Shown: positions 38,307-51,519 of the stretch, piece by piece | How positions within the stretch are numbered: the first letter of the stretch is position 1 | How the letters are laid out: each line of letters opens with the position of its first letter | NCBI GenBank assembly: GCA_052327205.1 | Contig: CM126220.1 | Coordinates: forward strand, 29,698,001 to 29,762,000 | Length of the DNA: 64,000 nt | Direction of reading: 5' to 3' | From: Somniosus microcephalus | Lineage: Eukaryota | The notes under the pieces: generated by a model | What the model was told of the DNA's origin: nothing | Seen by the model: only the letters and a program-made list of their open reading frames with translations | Database searches by the model: none | Program-made: the position numbers and the translations under genes

Positions 38307-40169
38307 GTAACTTTCTTGTTTCTCCTTTACATGGATCTACATACCACACAATAATTTGCTAAGTCGGCAATTTGTTTGGTGAGAGCTTTTGAGGTTCTGA
38401 TAATTTCCCATTTGGGGAAGGTGGTTACAGGACACCCGGATGAGTTCTGAAAGGTAACTGTGCCCGTAACCAGAAAGTGGCTGTGGAGAGGAGAAGGAAG
38501 AGGGTTTATCATGTTAGTGAGGTGTGATCACACTTTCAGGTTGAAGGACAATAATAATTGTAATAACGTGAAGCCAATGTTTTGTTTTATTTAAATGGGG
38601 AAGGTCCTCAAGCTGGTGGGTTCATTTCCGTCAGGTTCTACTGCTTATTGGGCAAGAGTGTAAAGACCATTACAGAGTTTCTTACAAACTCAACCAATTC
38701 GATTCATCTACGAACAAAAACATTACTTCACCTGTTACTGAAATCCTTTAAAAGCAAATGTTTACAATAAAAAAAGTGAATTTTCCGTATGAAATGAAAT
38801 TGAATGGGAGTTTGTAAGGCATGTTATAAATATAGGAACGCGAGGGAGCAGCTCGGTGTTGTACCGAGAGGGTCTGCCGATCTCTTATTCCCCCAGCGTT
38901 GTTTGTGAGCTTTCCACCTACAACATTGATTAAATTAACCCTTCAGCGATTGCCCCAGTGGTTTTTGCATCAAATCCCAAGGCCAGAAGGGGTTGCTTGA
39001 AATGGGTCTTGAGTTACCTGATCGATGCTCCTGCACACATCCTGCACACTTACATATTCATTAGAAATTCTCCGAATGCTATTGGCGCGGATGCTGTGTG
39101 AGGGGCGAGGGGTGCAAGGGACTGCCGGGGCTCGAAGGGTTACTGTTAATCAGCTGAGCTCACAAGTTTAAACTGGGCTAACATTATGTTTATCCTCGGA
39201 TAAGGCCTAAGGTTTGAAGCTGTTCATTTAAGTTCAAGGCACTCACTGTAAAAACGATTCATTCAGTCTTTCCCAAGAGTTGCTCCCGTTGGGATTAATA
39301 TATCATGACATTCTACTCCACCTTTTTTTTGTTAAAGTTTGTTTTCTAATTTAATAAATGTTTGAGAAAAAAAATCTTATGTTGGAAACTGAAACTGCGT
39401 TGGCTTGTTGAGTTTTTTTCGTTTTATTTCTCAAAAATATTCACTTTCCTCGGTTTGAAGCCGACCACCTTCAGCTTGTCAGCGAAACTACACAACAGGT
39501 TCTTGCAGCTGTGTGCTATTTGCTTGACTTAGTTCCCAGCTCACATCTGTAGTTTGCCTGCCTCTCTCCGAATACATAGACATGTCGGCCTGCCTCTGCT
39601 TCTCATACAGATATGGGGGGTGGGGGGAGCCGTAGAAGTTTGGAACAGAGAGACAAGCATAATTTGATAGCCACAATCCGAATGGCATTCCTGCTTCTGT
39701 GTGGAAGTGTAAAGGTAGTCTTGCAGATAGTTCCTTTGTTCTATTTAATACTCAGCCCAGAAGGGTTGGGATCTGGAGCTGGCGTGTTTAACATGCAAGG
39801 CTTGTGTTGACGAGAAGCGCATCAGCATTCTCCGAGCTTCGCGCCGGCAAGGACATAAATTGGTTTGTTGAGAATCTTCTTTCCATTTTTAAATGTAGTT
39901 GCACGGCGTCCTTCCTGGCCCTTCATGTTCACAACAGTTAAGGCCAACTGGATCAATAGCTAGTTAGCAGGATTCCTGTACAGCTGCCTCCTTGGTGTGG
40001 CTGAGGAATGTATTTGAAATAAAGCTTCATCATGTGAACTTACTGACCTGTAACATTCACTATTGACGAACTGCTTTGTTTATGTGTTTCCCCGGTTTAA
40101 CACACTCTCTCTGACACACTCACAAACACAAACACTTACACAAACTCAGAGATGCACCCACGTCGATAC

Positions 40170-41480
40170 ACCCTGAGACACAAATACTCACAGACGCATA
40201 TTCAAATACACATCCATTTACACATACTAACAGGTACACATACATACACCCTCTGACACACATACTCACAGACACACATTCAAATATACATCCATTCACA
40301 CATACTAACAGGTACACATACATACACCCTCTGACACACATCCTCACAGACACACATTCAAATATACATCCATTCACACATACTAACAGGTACATATACA
40401 TACACCCTCTGACACACATCCTCACAGACACACATTCAAATATACATCCATTCACACATACTAACAGGTACACATACATACACCCTCTGACACACATACT
40501 CACAGACACACATTCAAATATACATCCATTCACACATACTAACAGGTACACATACATACACCCTCTGACACACATCCTCACAGACACACATTCAAATATA
40601 CATCCATTCACACATACTAACAGGTACATATACATACACCCTCTGACACACATACTCACAGACACACATTCAAATATACATCCATTCACACATACTAACA
40701 GGTACACATACATACACCCTCTGACACACATCCTCACAGACACACATTCAAATATACATCCATTCACACATACTAACAGGTACATATACATACACCCTCT
40801 GACACACATCCTCACAGACACACATTCAAATATACATCCATTCACACATACTAACAGGTACACATACATACACCCTCTGACACACATACTCACAGACACA
40901 CATTCAAATATACATCCATTCACACATACTAACAGGTTCACATATATACACCCTCAGACACACATACTCACAGACACACATTCAAATACACACCCATTCA
41001 CACATACTAACAGATACATACATACACCCTCAGACACACATACTCACAGACACACATTCAAATATACATCCATTCACACATACTAACAGATACACATATA
41101 TACACCCTCAGACACACATACTCACAGACACACATTCAAATACACACCCATTCACACATACTAACAGGTACACATACATACACCCTCAGACACACATACT
41201 CACAGACACACATTCAAAAACACATGCATTCACACATACTAACAGGTACACATATATACACCCTCAGACACACAGACACACATTCAAATACACATCCATT
41301 CACACATACTAACAGGTACATACATACACCCTCAGACACACATACTCACAGACACACATTCAAATACACATCCATTCACACATACTAACAGATACACACA
41401 TACACCCTCAGACACACATACTCACAGACACACATTCAAATACACACCCATTCACACATACTAACAGATACACATTACAC
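40170..41480. repeat. 78-bp CA-rich minisatellite, about 17 copies
   Basis: CAAATATACATCC recurs at 40281, 40359, 40437 and onward (period 78). The 3' units are more diverged. Confidence 0.93.
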
Positions 41481-43059
41481 ACATAATCACAGATATACAT
41501 ACACACTCAGACACGAATATTAACCCAGACACGCACCTATCCGTACACATTCAAACACCCACAATGACAATGCACTCAGATAAACACAGACGCATACAGT
41601 CACACGCATTTCACAGCGACACTGACACACAACTCAGACACACATATTCACACTCAGGCATCCGCACTGTCCCACACTCAAGTGCTCTGTACTTCTTCAG
41701 TTCCCCCCCCTTCTATCCTACTCCAGAGATGTGTCATGCTGCCCAAGCACGGGTACATTGACGTGCTAAAAATATTTTCTAAATAATAAAACAAAGCATC
41801 AGTGCTTTACCAGAACCACTGTGAAGATGTTATCATGCTGTGAGCGGGCGCTCGCACTTGGGGAAGGTTTTTTTTCTGAATTAAGTATTTGGGGATTTTA
41901 ATAGAAGAATATTCATTGAAAAGTTGGTATCGTAAACGCATTAAATAAAAGTTGATTTCCGTATAACCAGTGAATGGCCCTGGGAAGCGCTGGTCGTGTT
42001 ATTGTCCTTTCAGCTCAGTCCCAGTTGCGTTTACCTTGTGCTTTGCATGAGGAGCTGTACATTTCTATATGAGAGTGTAATGGATATTTTCGAAACGATT
42101 GACATTGCCAGCAAGCAGGCAGGGGACAATACAATCAATAGTACAATATATGGTGTGACGTTTCCATCAAAATCCAAACGGACTCGGCTTTATATTAAAG
42201 GCTTTGCTGTTCAATTGGGAGTCAAAATGATCTCTTAGACACTTAGAACAAACTACAAAACACTCGTTAAAAAAAACCCCACCCTCTTATCAAAAGTCAC
42301 ACAGAAAGCGACCAGGGTCCTGGTGTTTCTTTTGCAGCTGCCGATTCTAACCAGGCTACATTTGCTGATCTGGTGCTTACCACATGCCCGCACCTGTTTT
42401 GCGGAAAGGTTGCCCACTTTACTCGCTAACTCCCTTCCCAAACTTCTCCCAAAACATTCAGATGTATTCGAGCTGAAAATGTCGAAAGATTTCACTATCT
42501 ATTAATCAGAGTGTACAATCTTTGCAGGAGACTTGTTACTTGTGTAGGAGATTGCTGATTTGGTCGAACGGACAGCATTCTGTATACGTCGCGATAGAAT
42601 TGGGAATAATTGGGGAATGTTTCTGTCTGGATTCTTGCTTTGTGTGGCTTAGGAGTTGTGTTGTGTCTGGATTCTGTACTCGGTACAATAGGAGTGAATG
42701 GACAGGCAGTCCGACCCGCTGTGATCCGATGCTGAGATAGGCTCTGTGTTTATCTGCAGCAACTGTATGACTTCGCCATTGTCATTTTTCTGTACAGTTT
42801 GCTGGAACTGGAAAGACACTCAGTGTCTGCACAGTGTGATAGCCACAGTTTGTCAGGTGGTGTAGGATTCAGAGTGTGATAGATGGCATTCATAGAGTTC
42901 TATAATGTGTTATTAGAGTGTTATATTCGGTGTTAACCGCAGTGTCAGATTCAGTAACCTGATTCAATTTATTGTCAAATTCAGAGTATATTGTAGTGTG
43001 GTATAGTTTACTAATTGATGATATTAGGAGTACACGGCTGTGTGATTTAGTTCTCAGAG

Positions 43060-43518
43060 TGTAATATTCCAGATGTGATATTTGGAGTATACTGTAAGGT
43101 GTTGTAGTTTAGTAATAGTGAGGCTGGGGTACTGTACACAGATGTGTGATTTAGTTTACAGTATTATTCAGTGTGATATTCCAGGTGTGATATTTGGAGT
43201 ATACTGTAAGGTGTTGTAGTTTAGTAATAGTGAGGCTGGGGTACTGTACACTGATGTGTGATTTAGTTTACAGTAGTATTCAGTGTGATATTCCAGGTGT
43301 GATATTTGGAGTATACTGTAAGGTGTTGTAGTTTAGTAATAGTGAGGCTGGGGCACTGTACACTGATGTGTGATTTCGTTTACAGTAGTATTCAGTATGA
43401 TATTCGGAGTATACTGTAATGTGCTGTAGTTTAGTTATAGTGAGGCTGGTGTACTCTACACTAATGTGTGATTTAGTTTACAGTAGTATTCAGTGTGATA
43501 TTCCAGGTGTGATATTCC
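43060..43518. repeat. 112-bp tandem repeat, about 4 copies
   Basis: TTTGGAGTAT at 43081, 43193 and 43305. The fourth copy has a deletion. Confidence 0.9.
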
Positions 43519-46500
43519 GCAACGGTTGATTTTTTGTTTCGAGTAATGGAGTGATGGGAAACACATCTGTTTCTCAGGAACTGAAACATTCCTGGAGTCC
43601 TCCGAGGGGTAACCCTTTCAATACTGCCAGACTTTAACCTTAAAAGTTGCCTCAGTGCTAGACAGTGTCTAGGGAATGGGCTCCGGGCAAACCTACAGTA
43701 ATAAAAGGAGTATGGAAACAAGTGGGAACTGCGAGAGGAGCAAAGAGCAGATACACAGAGAAATGAATCTTATTAGAACAAAACATTTAATTATTAAAAT
43801 AGAGTTCTGGTGTTTGGGATTTTGCAGACATCCCTCGTTGGGTTAGCAGATTGCAGGAAATAATGTGAATTAAACATTTGGGGGATATGCATAGGGTTTT
43901 AGATTTAACCTGCACCCAGAATCTCTCCCAACAACCGGGACGTGAGAACCGAGATCCACGTCAGCTTTTTCATCGACTTTAGTTTTAATAACCTGAAAAT
44001 TCCCCATAGTAGCGGCAGTAATCCCCGTGAATTTCTGGTTTCAAATTTCTCTTTGAATAATGGCCTGGATCGGCTATCAGTTAACAGGATTTCTGATTAA
44101 AACATGACTAGTAACTTACTGCTTCTAACATTCATGAATTTATCTGGTCATTTCGAAGTGACATAATCAGGCGGTTCTGTAGATTTAAATATTATGACCT
44201 TTTTTGGTAATTGAATTCAGGGTTGGGGTTTTCCACGGAGTCGCTGCTTTCCTGGGTATTGTGTGCTGAGGTTGAGCGGCGAGCCTTTTAATCAACTTTA
44301 TATATAGTTTAAAATCAGAGGAATCTTCACATTACCTGCAATGAAATCGATGAATTTCTTGTGTTAAACCTAATGAGAGGAAGACCAATATAAAACAGTT
44401 TCCTGCACGTTGCTGCGTTTTCGGAATGTATCGATGTGAAAAGGCAGCAGGGATAGGTAAAGGAGCGCTTACTTTGTGTGGGCGCTCGGTTCCCGCTGGG
44501 AGCAATTGTTGGAATGTAACTGGACCGGGCTGAGTCCTGAGCCTCTGTGTCTTCAGGAACCGGGTTCGAGGCCGCCTCTCCCGTGACGCGTTTATCCGTG
44601 TCAGGGAGCGCGGGGCTCGGGGCTGCTCCCTGTCAGGACCCTCGCCTTCTCCTTCACACACCGTCGAAGAGTGCTCATTAGCAGCGATAGTCGCTCATTC
44701 TGGCTTAAATGCAAGATGTTCGGGTGTATCTCACCCCTAAACTAACTCAGCGCCGTCTGTGAAGAGGTGGTCTGCAATTTGGAACTCTGAGCTTAATGTC
44801 ACTCTCACATTTCGCCATTGTGTGTGTGTGTGTGTATATATGTAATGTGTTTGTGCGTGACTGTGTATGTATGTGCGTGTATGAGTGACCGTGCGATATA
44901 TGCCCCCAACACAGATGCAAACACACGCATTTACACACACACACACACACATCCTATTCGTAAACATGCACACACACGACACGCTCCCTTTCTCTCACCC
45001 ACTCCGCTCTCGTTTATGGGGCTAATATTTCACGGTGTGAATTCAAATACTGGAGTGGGGAATGGTCTCGGACTGGCGACGCTCTCTGCTTCCGTGTGGG
45101 AGCTGAGGCGAACACACATTGAAAGTACCAAACCCTTTCACTTCTCTTAGCTGGGTAACCTCACCTTTGCATTCCATCTCCGGTAAATATTTATTTAATA
45201 GTAATTATTTCCCCTAGTAGTTGTGTATTTTTAACTTGCCTTAAACTCGAATTCAATGCGATTGCAATCTGTACAAACTACAATGCGATCGAACAATTTA
45301 CACAACTCAAACAATTGAGACTGGGAAAGAGTGCAAGAAACAGCGGAATCGCGATAGTGTTTGAGGGGAGAGACGGTACTGGTTGAGACAAACAAGTTGT
45401 TCCTGAGCGACACAGGAATGAAACCTTTATAGCCCACTTCACAAAATAGTAATCATTAAATAGAGATGGGAATAAGAGCGTGTTCAGCTTTATATTAAAT
45501 ACCTTTTCATCTATTGAGCGGTTTCTGTAAAGGAGAGCCCAAGAAATGGTCTGTGGGGATATTTGATTTTCTGTGCAATAAGGGACTATTCATCTGCAGA
45601 AGTTGTTTGCAGCCACTCTGAGCTTGATACAGGTTTTGCTGATCATTTGTGTCAGCGTGTTTGGCTCTCTGTTAGATTCTCTAATTAATTTGGTTCACAC
45701 CGATGGTCACTTTAAAAACAAAAAATGCAAAGCTTATGTAATTAAACTCTGTCAATTTCCATCTATTCATGTTGCAAACGGCTCATAAAGGCTTCGGGTA
45801 TTTCCATCACTTGTTTACTGCTAACAGAATGGGATCATGAATGGCATTTATTTAAATAAGTAAATAAATAAATATACAGTCTGATCTGCCTGGAGTAGAA
45901 TGTGTGAGGTGCTATGTTGGCGAAGTGATTCTTTCAGTTCTCGGATGAGCTCCTCTCTTGGTTTCTCCCTCTCTTGTAATGTGGATATTAAATCAGACCT
46001 AACTATAGTTTGAAAACTTCCCTACTCAATTTGCACAGTTGGATTTTCGTCGAATTTCCAAGTGCTGTCACTAAGGTGCTACTATCAGAAAAGACACGTC
46101 TGTTTAATTAAAATATTATAAATGTGTACACTACCGCATTAAAATTACATTGTGCAAAGATTAGCATCTAAATGCTTTATACATTTGTATGCAGTTCCTT
46201 TATCTGCTGCTTTAATCGAGGCATTAACCCCTTTCAAATAAATGAAAAGAAATGGTGACACCGCCAACAAAATACTGCAACAAGGGGTTTCATAGAGGTG
46301 CATGAAACATTCCTACCCTAATCTTCACACCGCATAATACAAGGTCTGCATCATGCTATTAGTATGAATATATATTTTAAAATATTGCTTTTGTCTTTAA
46401 TTTAATCTAAATGCAGTAAGAAACCCCCTCCTCCCCTCCAGCCCAATGTGATATGAGATCCTGTCAATCAAACGCACGTCCCAATCAGACATGGTCAGTG

Positions 46501-46769
46501 GTAAGTCTGAGAGAGAATAGAAGAATTATTAAGAACAGGGAAGTCTCAACAGGCCCATCCCTTTTTTATATAGATCAACCCACCTACACACTTTTCACCA
46601 TGTTCCTTAATCCCTTTTCGTTCTGGAAACACATCCAACTGTTTATACTATCTTCTTTAGTGCCCTTCAGTGATAATTCATTCTACAACTCTATTAACCT
46701 ATGTGTGAAAAAAGTTTTGTGGGAATTTTCTGCTTACTCCTAACTTGCTCATTTTTTTTACAAGTGTCA

Positions 46770-47195
46770 TCAGTGGCTCAGTTCGTAGCACTCTGGCCTC
46801 TGAGTCAGCAGGTTGTGGTTGAGCACATACATCTAGGCTGACACTCCAGTGCAGTGCTGAGGGAGTGCTGCACTGTCGGAGGTGCTGTCTTTTGGATGTG
46901 ACGTTAAGCCGAGGCCCCGTCTGCTCTCTCAAGTGGACGTAAAAGATCCTATGGCATTATTTTGAAGAAGAGCAGGGGAGTTTTCCCCAGTGTCCTGACC
47001 AATATTTATCCCTCAATCAACATCACTAAAACAGATTATCTGGTCATTATCACATTGCTGTTTGTGGGAGCTTGCTGTGCGCAATTTGGCTGCTGCAGTG
47101 ACTACACTCCAAAAAGTACTTCATTGGCCGTGAAGTACTTTGGGACATCCGGTGGTCATAAAAGGCGCTATATAAATGCAAGTCTTCTTTCTTCT
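46770..47195 (+). mobile_element. DeuSINE (SacSINE1-like)
   Basis: Partly deleted tRNA-like head GTGGCTCAGTTCGTAGCAC, Deu domain GGTGCTGTCTTTTGGATGTGACGTTAAGCCGAGG..GTAAAAGATCCTATGGCA..GAAGAAGAGCAGGGGAG, and L2-like tail AGGCGCTATATAAATGCAAGTC. Confidence 0.85.
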
Positions 47196-47249
47196 TTTGT
47201 GAACTCTTTACCTGGATCAGTAACATCAGTTTCCCTTGTAACCGTAAAT

Positions 47250-47495
47250 CATAGAGTCACAGAATCTTACAGCACAGAAGGAAGCCCATCTTTGAGAGAG
47301 CTATCCAATTAATCCCACTCCCCCTGCTCTTTCCCCAGAGCCCTGCAAATGTTTCCTTTTCAAGTATTTATCCAATTCCCTTTTGAAAGTTACTATTGAA
47401 TTTGCTTCCACCACCCTTTCAGGCAGCGCAATCCAGATCATAACAACTCGCTGCGTAAATAAATCCTCTTCATTTCCCCTCTGGTTCTTTTGCCC
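47250..47495 (-). mobile_element. CR1 3' fragment (older subfamily)
   Basis: FTQRVVMIWIALPERVVEANSIVTFKRELDKYL. Confidence 0.85.
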
Positions 47496-48419
47496 GAACT
47501 CTGATTCCATCACCTCACCATTTCTTTTACAGGAAGCTGACCTACGCTTGGATTTTTAATCAAAAAAATAATGTTGATTTCCCCCCCCCCCCCACTCTTG
47601 GGCTGTTTCTCCTCAATGCTTGGTCGAAGTGAGCGTAAGAGCTGCCAGCATGAGGAACTGCTTGGGGTTAAGGGGCAACCCGTGCCCTGCTGGCTGGCAG
47701 TGCGATGCCTTCGTGCACTGATATCCTGTGCCACCAGACCACCCGATCCTGACACTTCTAATCCTAACTGCACACCGTCAGGAAAACAGGGATCAAGTTG
47801 CTTTGCAGATGGGAGATCAATGATCACAGCCCCTAATACTGCTGCCCATCACCTGTAACTAATGCAAAATAGCACATCTGGCAAAAGTAGGGGGGCTCAT
47901 TTCTTTAAATTCTATTTTCTTAGTCTATAGATTTTTTCCAAACTTAAAACTGGTGTGGTAGGTTAAAGTAAGATTTTAAATGTCATTCTCAACACCACTG
48001 CTATATTGGTGACTTGGGGCTGATAATGACACCTCTGTCAGGACTGTATTTCTGGGCTGGATATCTTGTTTCAGTCTTAGCTGAGGAAGGCTGCAGTGAA
48101 GGTGTTAATTGCTCCCGCCATAAGTAGCTCGCTTATTACAGAGCAATTAAATTAGTGCTTTATTTGGAATTATTTTGAAACCAATGCATTCTTAACGTAG
48201 TGAAATAAATGAAATCCCGGTTCAAAAATATAATAATCTCCACCTGTTGCTTTCTATGCCCTGGGAGGCCAAGAATCATGCAAGGGTTTAAGGGTCAATA
48301 GAGACAGTGGGATGGGATGGGGGCTGTTGGCAATTGTTGGAAGAGTTTAATGTGTTGAGATTAAACATGGCTTTAAAAGACTTCCCGAAGGCTCGGTGAG
48401 TTCATTCTGGGAGCTAGCT

Positions 48420-48715
48420 GAGCTGTACGGATCAAGAGGGTCCCAGGTCTTATCCCCTCGGTGTTGAGGTAGCTGAAGTCAGCTGGGTTGGTAAGGGCCT
48501 ACAATTTGCCTCAGCATCACTGGGCCAGGGCACTTGCTCCTGACTGCAGTCCAGTAATCCCTGCTGGAAAATGTATGCGATGAGGAGAAGATCATCAGTG
48601 AAACCTTCCGTGTCTCCTACCCCTGCAGTCAAAATAGCCCGCTGAAACTCACCAACATATGAAGAACAGCCATTTGGGTGAGGTGCTGGAAAGGTGGTGA
48701 GCTACCCCAGCAAAA
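48420..48715 (+). mobile_element. AmnSINE2-like SINE
   Basis: GGTCCCAGGT..GAGGTAGCTGA..CTACAATTTGCCTCAG..CCCTGCTGGAAA..ATGAAGAACAGCCATTTGGGTGAGG. Confidence 0.6.
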
Positions 48716-49103
48716 TTCAACGCCATAAGAAGAGGTGGAGAGAAATTTCGGGGGGAAACAAAATCAGTCACGTGCCATTTATTAGATTGGGGAAAAAAAC
48801 AGTGAACTGTGTTTCTGAGAGCACAGCAAGTGTGATTCACTGCTGTCACACTCGGTTTCAATGACTATTTTGAGATGTGGGTCATTTTTACTCCACCATG
48901 TCAGCAGTGTATGAGTGCAACAGTGAGGACATCACCAGGTCTCCTTTGCTCATGAATAGTATACACGGGTAAGTGTGACATGGTTAATATGTTTAGGAGT
49001 GAGGAATGTCACTTATATTGTGTCCGCCCGTCGTGGGGACAGGTAGACCCGCCACAAGCACAGTCAGCCCTATTGCAGACTCTGTCACTCCTCTGTCAAT
49101 CTG

Positions 49104-49287
49104 GGGGTAATTTTCAACTTCTCTGCCTGGGTAGTAATCTGGCGGAGCGGGTCACCCGCCCGTTGCGAAACCTGCCCGACTTTCCTTGTCTTGATTTGAA
49201 GGGAACGACAATCGGGTGGTTTCTATAAATGGGTGGCTGATTGGCAACACCAGATTACTGCCCAGGCGGCAAGTTGAAACACTACCC
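49104..49287. mobile_element. Harbinger-type palindromic MITE
   Basis: GGGGTAATTTTCAACTT..CCTGGGTAGTAATCTGG / CCAGATTACTGCCCAGG..AAGTTGAAACACTACCC, with a possible CTG TSD. Confidence 0.7.
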
Positions 49288-49481
49288 CTGTCTGTCCAGT
49301 TAAGGACACAGTGACCTAGATTTTCTGGTCACCATTATTTTAACACCTGCTGGAACCCATTTATTTTAATTAACTTACCGCTGACGTTAAAATAACAATT
49401 ATTGGAAAATCTAGGCTTGTCAGTGCTATCACAGACACAGTCAGTCCTGTTAAAGACACTGTCAGTCATATTACGAATACA

Positions 49482-50165
49482 GTCAGCCCTCTTACAGACA
49501 CTGTCAGTCCTATCATGGACACTGTCATGTTACGGATACAGACAGCCCTCTTACAGACACTGTCCGTCCTATCATGGACACTGTCATGTTATGGATACAG
49601 ACAGCCCTCTTACAGACACTGTCAGTCCTATCATGGACACTGTCATGTTATGGATACAGACAGCCCTCTTACAGACACTGTCCGTCCTATCATGGACACT
49701 GTCATGTTATGGATACAGACAGCCCTCTTACAGACACTGTCAGTCCTATCATGGACACTGTCATGTTATGGATACAGACAGCCCTCTTACAGACACTGTC
49801 CGTCCTATCATGGACACTGTCATGTTATGGATACAGACAGCCCTCTTACAGACACTGTTAGTCCTATCATGGACACTGTCATGTTATGGATACAGACAGC
49901 CCTCTTACAGACACTGTTAGTCCTATCATGGACACTGTCATGTTATGGATACAGACAGCCCTCTTACAGACACTGTTAGCCCTATCATGGACACTGTCAT
50001 GTTATGGATACAGACAGCCCACTTACAGACACTGTCCGTCCTATCATGGACACTGTCATGTTATGGATACAGACAGCCCTCTTACAGACACTGTTAGTCC
50101 TATCATGGACACTGTCATGTTACGGATACAGACAGCCCTCTTACAGACACTGTCAGTCATGTCAT
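49482..50165. repeat. 59-bp minisatellite, about 11-12 copies, with diverged ~20-mer flanks
   Basis: Unit GACAGCCCTCTTACAGACACTGTCAGTCCTATCATGGACACTGTCATGTTATGGATACA. Confidence 0.93.
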
Positions 50166-50629
50166 GAACACTTGTCAGTCATGTTACGGATACAGTCAGT
50201 CCTATTATGGGCACCACCAGTCATATTACGGATACAGTCAGTCCTGTCACGGACTATTTCTTTGCTGATTATGACCTAATATTTGTACTTTATCTAACAG
50301 CGATGTAAGTGGTTTTGCTTCACATGGACACTGTAGTTACTACATAAATGCAGTCAGAAACTGGACTCTGGGCCCAACCTGACACCTGTACAAAGTGGCA
50401 TGAGACGCTGTGGAGGAGGTAGTCTCACTCTGCTTTACTCTGGAGTTAGCTGTGGAGCTTGACACTCTATTTATATACTTTATATAAGTTTAATGTCAGT
50501 GCATAGCTGGAACTGCCTCCACTTTCCTGGATATGTGGAAGGATTCAGCGATTGAGGTCACATTAACTTTAAACAGAAGCAAGGAAAATTAAAACTGCTG
50601 GAAAACATAGTTTTGGCTTTTCCAAATGG

Positions 50630-50990
50630 TTCAATGGACAGCTATACTACCTGGTATGGTACTAAGTCTTACATATCAGGAAAATCACAGATTCCATCCC
50701 TGGTCTGCACTGAGTTAACAAACCTCAGCCAGAGTGGTGGTACGGGTGTTACAATTGGCCTCAGCTCTTTAGATTAGTGAGGGTTCTTGCTCCTGATCAC
50801 TATCCGATGACCCCTGGTGGAAAGTGTGTATGTGGGGTGGTTGATGGAGGACTGGTTTGTGATACCACATGGTCAAATAGCCTGCCGACATTCATTGAGC
50901 TCCAACAGGAAACATGATCATTTGGGCAAAGTAGTGGAGGGTGGCTGGCACCTGTAGAACCAAGAGGCAGCACCTTCAGGAGAGGAGTGA
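50630..50990 (+). mobile_element. AmnSINE2-like SINE, near full length
   Basis: GGTTCAATGGA..TGGTACTAAG..CCCTGGTCTGCACTGAGTTA..ACAATTGGCCTCAG..GACCCCTGGTGGAAAGTGTG..AATAGCCTGCCGACA. Confidence 0.65.
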
Positions 50991-51190
50991 TCCCAGTGAG
51001 AGTCAGTGCCTTCAGGAGAGGAGAGATCCCAGTGAGAGTCAGTGCCTTCAGGAGAGGAGAGATCCCAGTGAGAGTCAGTGCCTTCAGGAGAGGAGAGATC
51101 CCAATGAGAGTCAGTGCCTTCAGGAGAGGAGAGATCCCAGTGCTTTCAGGAGAGGACACAGGGAGATTCACTGCTTTCAGGAGAGGATGG
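50972..51190. repeat. 36-bp minisatellite derived from the SINE 3' end
   Basis: Unit CCCAGTGAGAGTCAGTGCCTTCAGGAGAGGAGAGAT, about 4 full copies plus partials. Confidence 0.9.
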
Positions 51191-51519
51191 AAAATAATTG
51201 GAGTGGATTAAAAGGAACTGTCTGAACACAAATATATGCTGGAGTAGCTGCTAATTTTAACAGATGAAATGCTACAAACACGACCAGTGCCTGAGTCTCA
51301 TAACTCAGTTAGAAAAACTCTCTCACTGCAATCAACTGTTCTGGTCATTGTTGTATGTTTATAGTATCTATGACTAGCATGTTCGGAATACCATTATAGT
51401 CGTGTTTCTGCTTTTAAACTAGTGATGAGTAATTGCTGAGTACAAATATTAATGTTGGATTTGATTGGTGCAGTTATTGCCAACTCTACGAAACTCTGAA
51501 TATGATACATTGGATAATG

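Noticed and set aside
34616-38362. 1248-aa single-exon ORF as the gene model
   Set aside because: It starts at a TTG three codons upstream of the conserved MFGLDQF ATG and runs through the splice donor into the intron.
49482-51190. CRISPR-like arrays (36-bp and 59-bp repeats)
   Set aside because: The units are head-to-tail with no unique spacers, there are no cas genes, and the context is vertebrate.
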